DNA of 64,000 nt from Smithellaceae bacterium (GTDB lineage: Bacteria; Desulfobacterota; Syntrophia; Syntrophales; Smithellaceae), in contig CAXXVL010000001.1 in the NCBI GenBank assembly GCA_963667845.2, forward strand, positions 160,001-224,000, written 5' to 3'. Both the position numbers and the translations under genes were made by a program. This document shows positions 1 to 8,275 of this stretch, one piece after another. The notes under the pieces were generated by a model that was given only the letters and a program-made list of their open reading frames with translations, was not told the DNA's origin and did no database searches. The number at the start of each line of letters is the position of its first letter. The stretch's first letter is position 1.

Positions 1-1
1 T

Positions 2-112
2 GCTTTGCTCCCGCCTTCCCACGTCTATGCCATCGGCGGTGCGCACGACTATCAAACCTTCAAAACCCTGTGGAAAGTGTTTCTGGCAAACGATACCGAA
101 TTAAGAAATTAA
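2..112 (+). CDS. 3' end of a CDS running in from the window edge (possible alpha/beta hydrolase C-terminus)
   Basis: Frame 2 is open to TAA at 110-112: ALLPPSHVYAIGGAHDYQTFKTLWKVFLANDTELRN; the GGAHD segment resembles a hydrolase catalytic-His region. Confidence 0.4.
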   Translation, partial: ALLPPSHVYAIGGAHDYQTFKTLWKVFLANDTELRN

Positions 113-149
113 GAAGGAGCCTGCTGCCCGCATCTTTTTTGATTCCGAC

Positions 150-1193
150 CTAAAGGAAGGTGTCCGGCAGACCATCCGGTCGCGTTGAGCATCGTTCACC
201 GGCAATCTTTCCGCGGAAAACCCAGTGCTTATAGGCGACATAAATCAGAATGATCGGAAGAAGAATGACCATTGCCGCCAGCATAAAAATCAGGGTGTTG
301 GGCGAGGAGACGGCCGCTGTCTTGATTGTGACCATATTGGGGATGATGTAGGGATAGAAGCCGACGTTCAGGCCGGCAAAAGCACACAGAACTATGATCA
401 CGTTCCATACGAAGGGTTTGAACTCCGATCGTCTCTTCAGCTCACGCACATACATGCCGAAAGCAAAAAGCGCCAGCACCGGGAAAATGGCGACGTAAAC
501 GAGGTCCGGCCAGACAAGCCATTTGTCTGCCATGTAGGAATGCCGCGCAAAGGTCCAGACATAAATGACCGTGGAGACGATCAACATCAGGATGGCTGCC
601 CTAAGCGACCACAAAAAACTGCGTCGCTGGATTTCTCCGTCCGTTTTCAGGATCAGGTAATTTGCCCCGAGCATTACATAACCAGCCAGAACACCAAGGG
701 CAAAGACAACTGAATAGGGATGAAACCAGCTCCAGATGTTGCCGGTAAATGTGTTTCCCGCCATCGGAATGCCGTAAAAAATTCCACCCATCGCAAATCC
801 CTGGGCCAGGGCGACGACCACGCTGCCCACACCGAAGCAGAGGACCCAGAAGGACGGTTTGCGGGCATTGCTGCGAAATTCAAGAGCTACTCCCCGGAAC
901 ATGAGCCCGAAGAGCATGACCATGATGGGGACGTAAAAGGCGGAAAGGGCGAGGCTGTAAAAGAGCGGAAATGCGCCGAAGAGCATTCCGCCCAAAAGCA
1001 CAAGCCAGGTCTGGTTGCTCTGCCAGATGCTCTCCAGACTTGCCATCATCGTGCCGCGCATTTTTTCGTCCGGCGTAAAGAAGGTCATGATCCCCACACC
1101 CAGATCGAGGCCGTCGGCAATGGCATAGTAGAGAACAAAAAAGGCGATGATTAAAAACCAGATGGATTCAATGTTTGCTTCAAGCCATTCCAT
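150..1193 (-). CDS. cydB: Cytochrome bd ubiquinol oxidase subunit II
   Basis: DGLDLGVG, WQSNQTWLV..GG.LFGAFP and FRGVALEFR motifs; multi-TM protein directly downstream of cydA. Confidence 0.95.
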   Translation of the reverse strand: MEWLEANIESIWFLIIAFFVLYYAIADGLDLGVGIMTFFTPDEKMRGTMMASLESIWQSNQTWLVLLGGMLFGAFPLFYSLALSAFYVPIMVMLFGLMFRGVALEFRSNARKPSFWVLCFGVGSVVVALAQGFAMGGIFYGIPMAGNTFTGNIWSWFHPYSVVFALGVLAGYVMLGANYLILKTDGEIQRRSFLWSLRAAILMLIVSTVIYVWTFARHSYMADKWLVWPDLVYVAIFPVLALFAFGMYVRELKRRSEFKPFVWNVIIVLCAFAGLNVGFYPYIIPNMVTIKTAAVSSPNTLIFMLAAMVILLPIILIYVAYKHWVFRGKIAGERCSTRPDGLPDTFL

Positions 1194-1205
1194 GGTCGCT
1201 CCCCC

Positions 1206-2579
1206 TCACGAACCGTATCCGTCGCGGGTTTCATCGGGGGATGTTTCCGGCCCCCGTTTAATGATCCGCCCGGCAAAGAAGAAAAATACAATCGCCAGAA
1301 ACAAGTAAATCAGAACAAAAGCCGCAAGCGATGTGGCGACGGCCGATGCCGGAATCGGAGATGCTGATTCGCTTGTCCGCATAAGACCGGAAATCACCCA
1401 GGGCTGCCGGCCCACCTCCCGCGTCACCCATCCGGTTTCCATCGCGAGGTAACTGAGAGGTATAGCGGCCATCCATGACCGCAGCAGCCATTTGCGCGAC
1501 GCGATGTTTTCTTCGGCCAGCCCGCCTTTGCGCCAGACATAAAGGGTCCAGAGCATGAGGACAAAGAGGGCCGTTCCGACGGCAACCATAATCCGGAAAG
1601 CATAAAAAGGAAGCAAGACCGGCGGCTGATTTTCCCGTGGGAAATCCTTAAGCCCCTTGATCTCGCCTGTCAGGGTGTGATCCGTGAGCAGGCTCAGCAC
1701 CTGCGGAATTTCGATGGACCAGAGGTTTTCCTGCTTGTCCGGATCGGGCCAGGCCAGCACGTGGAAAGGGGCGCCCTGTCCCTGCGGATTTGTCTGCCAG
1801 TGGGCCTCAAAGGCGGCGAGCTTTGCCGGATCGTGGAAATACACCGCGCGCCCCGAACCGTCACCCAGAAAGATCTGCAGCGGTGTAATCACGATCGCCG
1901 CCATCACCGCCCATTTAAAGGAAGCAAGAAAAAAGTCGGTGTGCCGTTGTTTATAGAGATACCAGGCGGAGAGCCCGCCTACGACAAAAACGGAAATCTC
2001 GATCGCGGCCACCCACATGTGGGTGACGCTCCAGACCATATCGGGATTGAAGATGGCATCGAAATGACTTGTGACGACGAACTTGCCCGCGTCGAAAAAT
2101 CCACCCCGCGGGGTCTGCATCCAGGAGTTCGCCACCATGATCCAGAAGGCCGATAGAGAGGCGCCCAGGGCGACCATGGAAGTAGCAAACAGATGCATCA
2201 GAGGGGTAACGCGCTTCCATCCGAAAATCATGATCCCGATGAAGCTCGCCTCGAGCATAAAGGCCATGGCCGCCTCGTAGCCCAGCATATGCCCGAAAAA
2301 ATCACCGCCGGCCCGGGAAAAAAGGCTCCAGTTGGTTCCGAACTGAAATTCCATCGGGAAGCCTGTGGCCACGCCGATCGCGATGTTCAGAAGAAAAAGA
2401 CGGCCCCAGAACCGGGCGTGACGGTAATAGCGTTCATCGGCTGTCCGGATCCAGCGTATTTCCAGAAAGACGAGGAACAGACTCAAGCCGATCGTTACGA
2501 CCGGCCAGATAATATGGAACATGGCCGTGAACGCAAATTGCACTCTGGAGAGGGTTACTGTATCCGGAAATCCATCCAT
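1206..2579 (-). CDS. cydA: Cytochrome bd ubiquinol oxidase subunit I
   Basis: SRVQFAFTAMFHII, EFQFGTNW, YEAAMAFMLEASF, NSWMQTP, KLAAFE and REVGRQPW motifs. Confidence 0.97.
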   Translation of the reverse strand: MDGFPDTVTLSRVQFAFTAMFHIIWPVVTIGLSLFLVFLEIRWIRTADERYYRHARFWGRLFLLNIAIGVATGFPMEFQFGTNWSLFSRAGGDFFGHMLGYEAAMAFMLEASFIGIMIFGWKRVTPLMHLFATSMVALGASLSAFWIMVANSWMQTPRGGFFDAGKFVVTSHFDAIFNPDMVWSVTHMWVAAIEISVFVVGGLSAWYLYKQRHTDFFLASFKWAVMAAIVITPLQIFLGDGSGRAVYFHDPAKLAAFEAHWQTNPQGQGAPFHVLAWPDPDKQENLWSIEIPQVLSLLTDHTLTGEIKGLKDFPRENQPPVLLPFYAFRIMVAVGTALFVLMLWTLYVWRKGGLAEENIASRKWLLRSWMAAIPLSYLAMETGWVTREVGRQPWVISGLMRTSESASPIPASAVATSLAAFVLIYLFLAIVFFFFAGRIIKRGPETSPDETRDGYGS

Positions 2580-2772
2580 TTTGTCATTCCTTATAATCGG
2601 TGTCGAAAAAATCGCTTCTGATCAAAGCCAAATGGAGCGCGCTTCAGGTGCCGGTTCGGAAGGTCTTCCATTTTCCGGCAATTGTCAACTATGTATGAAT
2701 ATAAGAATTTTTCGGTGGCATGTCAAATGCGGCGCCGTTGCAGCCGACGGCTTGCCCGGGTTGAGAAAAAGA

Positions 2773-2801
2773 TTGACAGGTCCGGTTCTGAATTGTATTT
2801 T
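2773..2801 (+). promoter_or_regulatory. Putative sigma70 promoter
   Basis: TTGACA (2773-2778), 17-bp spacer, TATTTT (2796-2801). Confidence 0.5.
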
Positions 2802-2954
2802 ATTGCCAATCGAGAAGGAAGTGAAAGAAAACACATGCGTGAATTCATCCATTTGGTAAATAAGATGACGAAAACGGCCGACCGGCAGCCGGTGTGCGGC
2901 GGGGTGGATGCGCTTGGGGAAAAACACTAGCAACTGATGCCAATCGCAATTTTT

Positions 2955-2990
2955 AAAACCCGCCGCGTATCTCTCAGGCGGGTTTTTTTT
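2955..2990 (+). terminator. Rho-independent terminator upstream of the MFS gene
   Basis: AAAACCCGCC...GGCGGGTTTT stem followed by a T-run. Confidence 0.75.
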
Positions 2991-3187
2991 GTTATTTGCC
3001 GTCATGCACGAGGCGTCCGGCGAAATCTCTCAGACAGGAGATGGCGATACGATTGCCCGGTTGCCAGTGACAAAAATGTCGGTATTATTGAAGTGATCGA
3101 TGGGTAAAAGATATGGATCATCTCGAACAGAATAGAAGCTCAGCTGCGGCTTCTGCGGCGCTCTCGCACAGCACGGCCGAGGCCGAT

Positions 3188-4402
3188 ATGACGCGACGCA
3201 CTGTCGGCACATTTGTCGCCGTGGTGATCGCGCACGTCATGGTCGATTTTATGGGGATGAGCGTCTGGCCGGTTTACAAGACGCTCGCCGGGCTGGATGT
3301 CGCGAAGGCCGGATGGATCGCCACGGTTATCGCCATGAGCGGAACCGCCCTTCAGCCGCTGTTCGGGTCGATTGCCGACCGGTTTGGGCCCCGGCGGATC
3401 ATTCTGTCGGGAGCGCTTTTGACGTCGCTGGCCATGGTGCTCGGTCCGCTTGCCGATTATCAGGCGGAGCTCAACCGCTGGCTTCCCAGCCTGTTTGGTT
3501 TCAGTGGTTTTTATCTGGCCGTGTTCGTCATCCTGGCTTGCGGCCGGCTCGGCCAGGATATGTTTCACCCCGCTGGCGCCGGACTTGCGGGAGGTTTCTC
3601 CGCCCGGCGCGGCGCTATGTTCCTGGCCGTATTTATCGCCGTCGGCAGTATCGGCTTCGGCCTCAGCCAGATCGTGTTTCGGACCGCTTACAATCGTCTC
3701 GAACATCACACCGAGGTTCTTCTTATTCCGATGGCGATCCTCTGGGTATTTGTCTGGATCAAGTGCCGGCCCCAGGAAGCATTGCATGCGCGGCGCGTAT
3801 CCGTTATCGCATCGCTTCGATCCCTTCGCCCGGTGGCGGGGCAGATTCTGGCGCTGTTCCTGATCCTCGCGATTTCCAGCGGCGTGCTGAGCGGACTCTT
3901 CTTTCTCATGCCCGAATTTGCCCACGAAAAAGGTTATCCGGCCTGGATCGGGCAGGGCGGGGCCTTCGGCTTGATTATCCTCGGGTCGACGATGTTTATG
4001 GTGCCGATGGGTCATCTGGCCGACCGGATCGGAAGGCGCAGGACGCTGATTGCGATGACGATTCTGTCGGTCATCAGCTACCACGCGCTTGTCCGCCTGA
4101 CCTTGCCGGTGCCGGTGTTTGTTGTGCTTTGCATCCTGGGCGGCGCTTTTCTGGGGACGGTGAATCCCCTCGGCGTTGCCTTCGGCCAGCTCGTCGCCCC
4201 GCGCGAAAATGTCAGCATCGTCTCGGCGATCCTGATGGGCTGGGCGTGGTGTGCCGGCGGTACGGTGCCCAGCATTGCCGGTGAACTTTACAAATACCTG
4301 GGGCATAACGCAACGAAGACCCTGATGATCATCGGAGGGGCCAACATCGTGATGGTGGCGATGGCTTTTGCGCTGCCCAAAATCAAGGTCGACAGGGATT
4401 AG
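3188..4402 (+). CDS. MFS transporter (Fsr-like)
   Basis: About 12 TM segments; GSIADRFGPRR and GHLADRIGRRR MFS motif A; FHP motif. Start set at ATG 3188 (track start 3113). Confidence 0.85.
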   Translation: MTRRTVGTFVAVVIAHVMVDFMGMSVWPVYKTLAGLDVAKAGWIATVIAMSGTALQPLFGSIADRFGPRRIILSGALLTSLAMVLGPLADYQAELNRWLPSLFGFSGFYLAVFVILACGRLGQDMFHPAGAGLAGGFSARRGAMFLAVFIAVGSIGFGLSQIVFRTAYNRLEHHTEVLLIPMAILWVFVWIKCRPQEALHARRVSVIASLRSLRPVAGQILALFLILAISSGVLSGLFFLMPEFAHEKGYPAWIGQGGAFGLIILGSTMFMVPMGHLADRIGRRRTLIAMTILSVISYHALVRLTLPVPVFVVLCILGGAFLGTVNPLGVAFGQLVAPRENVSIVSAILMGWAWCAGGTVPSIAGELYKYLGHNATKTLMIIGGANIVMVAMAFALPKIKVDRD

Positions 4403-4479
4403 ATATCATCGGGTTCTCTTCGGTTAACCGGCTCAGTGTCCGCAAATATATTACCTTGCTGGTCCTTTTCTATTCAGTG

Positions 4480-4686
4480 GCAGTTTCAGCGGCGCGTGCC
4501 TTTTGCTGGAATGCCCTCAACTGTGGCGCTAAGCAGATTGCGCGACAGCCAAAAACTCGTCTGCGGCTCAGATAGTTTGGCTGTCGTATGCTCCATTTCG
4601 CTAAGCGCCACAACGTTTCAGGCATGATTCGCTAAAGACACGCGCCGCTGAAACTGCGGTTTATTCGAATATTTAATCGAGAGGAC
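4480..4686. repeat. Long nested-hairpin repeat family A, copy 1
   Basis: Perfect 19-bp outer stem 4480-4498/4639-4657 with nested inner stems; homologous to 28257-28435 and partly to 7011-7059. Confidence 0.9.
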
Positions 4687-4883
4687 GGCAATGTTGCAAT
4701 CGTGTCATCCTCAGATCATCAGTCGGCAATCATCGTTTTTCATGTATCGTTAAAGTTCTTGAACATTTCGTTGAAAGAAAGAGAGAAAAACGGGCAGTGG
4801 AGACTGCCGCTGCGGCTGGCGCTTCGGCTAAATCATATGTCACATCATGATGTTGCAATAATTAATTATCCGGCTTGAAAATC

Positions 4884-4899
4884 TGGCACGCAAATTTCA
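4884..4899 (+). promoter_or_regulatory. Possible sigma54 promoter (non-consensus -12)
   Basis: TGGCACG-CAAA-TTTCA: perfect -24 element, but TC instead of GC at -12. Confidence 0.45.
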
Positions 4900-4946
4900 T
4901 TATATAAAGGCAAATGAAACACACTACCCTAAGGAGGTAACAGATC

Positions 4947-5222
4947 ATGAAAAAGACATTAGGAACCATCGTAGCGGCGGCAGCAGTAGTTCTCTTAACG
5001 GCAACGTTTGGATTCGCGGAATACGCGGCAACGGGAGCAGCCAATTTCCCGTACTTCCAGCTGGGCTGCCTGATCATCGGCGGACTGCTGATCGTTGCAC
5101 TGAAGAGAAAATATAACAAGATGTACACGACAGAGGTCGTCGGGGCCTTCGCTCTTTACACGATTCTGATGGCGCTCTTCACCAACCCGGTCATTGACCT
5201 TGTGAAAATCATTGTGACCTGA
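4947..5222 (+). CDS. Small membrane protein of unknown function
   Basis: Strong RBS AAGGAGG; signal-peptide-like N-terminus plus two hydrophobic helices; followed by a terminator. Confidence 0.85.
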   Translation: MKKTLGTIVAAAAVVLLTATFGFAEYAATGAANFPYFQLGCLIIGGLLIVALKRKYNKMYTTEVVGAFALYTILMALFTNPVIDLVKIIVT

Positions 5223-5281
5223 TCGGAAGTAATCAAGATACAGAGGTTGCAGCAAACGGTCATGATCTATCGAAATACACG

Positions 5282-5320
5282 CCCCTCAAGGCTTCCAGAG
5301 CTTGAGGGGTTTTTTATTCT
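5282..5320 (+). terminator. Rho-independent terminator
   Basis: CCCCTCAAG...CTTGAGGGG followed by TTTTTTATT. Confidence 0.8.
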
Positions 5321-5653
5321 TCATTGCTTCATTGCTTCATTTGCGGCGGTCTGCAAAATCCCGCTGAGCATTCGGCCGAAAATTCCGGAAGAGGGGAATG
5401 CAGAAGCGCCCGGGCGACGCGCAGACACGGATGATGAAAGAATTCAGAAGGGCACGCCGGGAAGCGGGAAGACTTATCTTTCAGGATGGCGGTTCCCAAT
5501 TTTGTTCCGCACTATTTGCTTGAGTTATTTTAAGAGCCGTGCGAAATTTCAGGAGGCGCAAGCCCGATAATCCGACATCAGGAGAAAACAGTCTGCGCGA
5601 CTTCCATCAAACAAAAATCCTTACCCGTCCCTTCGCGGACTCCGGCATTAAGA

Positions 5654-6868
5654 ATGGAAACTGAAAAAACTGTCATGCCGGAGACAACCGGCCCACCGCA
5701 TGTGACACTTTCCCGGCTGGCGGGCTTTGCCATGGGGCTTTTCGCGGTCCAGACCTTCTGGGGATTCACCTGGGCAACACTGCCGCTGTACCTGAAGTCG
5801 CTCACCGACTCCAACGCGGTCACCGGCATTATCCTGTCGACAACCGGCATCACCGGCCTGTTATTCCCGGTGCTCGCGGGCGCGGTGTCCGACCGGCTTC
5901 ACACGCCGCTGGGGCGCAGGCGTCCAGTGATTATCGCCGGCTGGATTCTGACCTCAGTCATGATCCTGCTTCTAATGCGCATCGATTCCCTCTTCTGGGC
6001 GCTGCCCGTGATCATGATGGCCTACGCGGGATTCTTTCTCGCCATCGGCCCCTATTTCGCGCTGCTCCCCGACACGGTTCCAGTCGGCGAGCGGAGCTTC
6101 GCCTCCGGAATCATGTTTCTCATCGGGGGAACGGGAATCCTGACCTATCTGATGTTTGCCGCAAGGCTTTGGGAGACGTCGCGGACGCTGCCGTTTGTGT
6201 GGGTCCTGATCGCGGTTCCCGTCTCCGTCGCGATTCTGTGCTTTTCCGTTCGTGAGGCTAAGACGCCCGGCAGAATCAAGCATCCGAACTTCATGAAAGA
6301 GCTTGCGCGAGAAAAAAACCTGCGGAAATTTTTGATCGGTATGACGCTGCAGTGGATCGGCCTGTGGATGGTGAGCGCTTTTTTCGTGATCACCTGTATG
6401 GCGCTGTTCGGCCTGACCGTCGAGAGGGCGGTCCGGGCGTTTTTCGTGATGAATGCTTCGTTCGTGCTCTTTGCTCTTCCCGCGGGGCTTTTGGCCGCGA
6501 AAATCGGGCTCAAGCGAACGACGATTCTCGGCGTTGCCGTTCTGGTTTTCTGCTTTTGCTGTGTTCCGTTTATTCGCGGGTATTCGACGCTGCTGTTATT
6601 GATGGTGCTTGCCGGGATGGGCTATGGGACGGTTCTTGCCGTATCCTACCCGTTTTTCTTAAGCATGCTGCCGGAGGGCAACACGGCCGGGTTTGTCGGC
6701 CTTTACCATGCCTGTCAGAACGGGACGCTGCTGATCGGGCCGGCCCTCGCCGGATTGCTGATCGACCATTTCGGATACGTAACGCTTTTCTACGGCGCGG
6801 CCGCAGTCATGCTGGCGGGCATGATCACATACATGACCCTCCGCAATCCGCCTGCTATTCCCCGTTGA
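5654..6868 (+). CDS. MFS transporter (sugar/glycoside-type)
   Basis: GAVSDRLHTPLGRRRP and ALLPDTVP..ER motifs typical of maltose/sucrose-type MFS; about 12 TM segments. Confidence 0.85.
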   Translation: METEKTVMPETTGPPHVTLSRLAGFAMGLFAVQTFWGFTWATLPLYLKSLTDSNAVTGIILSTTGITGLLFPVLAGAVSDRLHTPLGRRRPVIIAGWILTSVMILLLMRIDSLFWALPVIMMAYAGFFLAIGPYFALLPDTVPVGERSFASGIMFLIGGTGILTYLMFAARLWETSRTLPFVWVLIAVPVSVAILCFSVREAKTPGRIKHPNFMKELAREKNLRKFLIGMTLQWIGLWMVSAFFVITCMALFGLTVERAVRAFFVMNASFVLFALPAGLLAAKIGLKRTTILGVAVLVFCFCCVPFIRGYSTLLLLMVLAGMGYGTVLAVSYPFFLSMLPEGNTAGFVGLYHACQNGTLLIGPALAGLLIDHFGYVTLFYGAAAVMLAGMITYMTLRNPPAIPR

Positions 6869-6876
6869 TAAGCTCG

Positions 6877-6934
6877 ATCCCGCTTACGCGGGACGAGCGT
6901 TAAATCTCTATAGCTTGCTGCGAGGTGGTTGATT
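6877..6934 (+). repeat. REP-like repeat family B, short copy
   Basis: ATCCCGCTTACGCGGGACGAGCGTT...AGCTTGCTGCGAGGTGGTTGATT; matches copies at 39425, 55184 and 57750. Confidence 0.9.
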
Positions 6935-7010
6935 GCTTTGCCTAACGTCACAAGCCTCTGCCTCTTCCCGCATCGGGTTTCAACCTGTCTGGAAGTGAAT
7001 TGGATAACAG

Positions 7011-7059
7011 CGCCCCGCTGAAACTGCGGTCTATTCGAACGCCTGATCGAAGAGGGCAC
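7011..7059. repeat. Repeat family A, truncated 3' fragment
   Basis: CGCCCCGCTGAAACTGCGGTCTATTCGAA..ATCGA matches 4641-4680. Confidence 0.75.
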
Positions 7060-7093
7060 CTTTGACCCCTATTCGTCTGCGTCTTATGCTCTG

Positions 7094-7984
7094 TCATGCT
7101 TTTAGCGCCCGCGTTATTTTATCATCCTTTGTCTCCCACAGGGCATTCAACCAGCTGTTAAAGCGGTTTCTGTAATCCTGGTCATCCGGATCCTGCCCGC
7201 GAAGGTTTTGACCGATCGGCAATACATCTATCCTGACGATGATGCTGGATCTTCTGCTGCAAAAGAACTCCCAGGCAGTCTCCACTCCGCCGGGATAAAT
7301 GATGGTCACATCGATCACGTTTCGCATATTTTCACCCATCATGGAAAGAACATACGAGATGCCGCCCGACCGCGGTTTAAGAAGGTGACTGTAGGGAGAG
7401 TTCTGCGCCGCATGCTTTCTTTTTGTATAGCGGGTTCCTTCAATGAAGTTCATGATGGAAGCGGGCCTGTCCTTAAATTTCGCACATGCCTTCCTGGTGG
7501 CTTCAATATCCCTGCCCTTGAGATGAGGTTTCTTTTTCAGAAATTCGGCAGAGTACCGCTTCATGAAAGGATAATCGAGCGCCCACCAGGCGAGTCCCAG
7601 GATAGGTACCCAGATCAGTTCCTGCTTTAAAAAATACTTAAGAAACGGAATGCGGCCATGAAATATCTTTTGCAGAACGAAAATATCGACCATGGTCTGA
7701 TGGTTGGAAATGACGAGATACCACTCGTCCCGCTTTAATTTTTCAAGCCCCTCAACAGCATATTCAACATGCTTCATCATGCCGATAAAGGCATTGATGC
7801 AGTATATCCAGGAATAAGACAGAAAATTGAGGATGGTATCAAATAACATTCGCGCCGGCCGGAACGGAAGAATCAGCTTGAATACGGCCGTCACGTAGAC
7901 AGGAACAGCCCAGAATAAAGTATTGATCACCAGGAATGTAAGTCCGATTGCGCCACGCAGGAAGTCGAGCAGGGATTTCAGCAT
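7094..7984 (-). CDS. Acyltransferase, PlsC/YihG-like
   Basis: NHQTMVD (HX4D), FLKQELIWVP..G.AWWALDYPFMKR and FIEGTR motifs. Confidence 0.9.
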   Translation of the reverse strand: MLKSLLDFLRGAIGLTFLVINTLFWAVPVYVTAVFKLILPFRPARMLFDTILNFLSYSWIYCINAFIGMMKHVEYAVEGLEKLKRDEWYLVISNHQTMVDIFVLQKIFHGRIPFLKYFLKQELIWVPILGLAWWALDYPFMKRYSAEFLKKKPHLKGRDIEATRKACAKFKDRPASIMNFIEGTRYTKRKHAAQNSPYSHLLKPRSGGISYVLSMMGENMRNVIDVTIIYPGGVETAWEFFCSRRSSIIVRIDVLPIGQNLRGQDPDDQDYRNRFNSWLNALWETKDDKITRALKA

Positions 7985-8217
7985 CGTCAATTCTTCTTAA
8001 TTTTGTTTTTGCCTGACGCAGGCTAATATGCCATTTTTGGGGAAAAAAGCAAATGGCATAAATATCTATTCTTCAACATTGTCAGGTGTTAAATGGAAGT
8101 GATAATGATCGCGACGGCTCCAATCTTTTGCCTTCATTCCGCACTCAGATCATCCGCAGTTGTGCCGGGGCGTGACTGCCGCCTTTTAAAATTCTTGCAA
8201 ATGTCCCCTCGAACAAG

Positions 8218-8250
8218 AAAGCCGCAACCCAGTATGGGCTGCGGCTTCTC
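8218..8250 (-). terminator. Terminator hairpin downstream of the acyl-CoA ligase
   Basis: AAGCCGCA.CCCA...TGGGCTGCGGCTT inverted repeat. Confidence 0.6.
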
Positions 8251-8275
8251 TAAGTAAAGCGGCGGTCAATCCATT

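Noticed and set aside
3313..4284. 323-aa same-strand overlapping ORF
   Set aside because: Arg/Pro-rich alternative frame of the GC-rich MFS gene.
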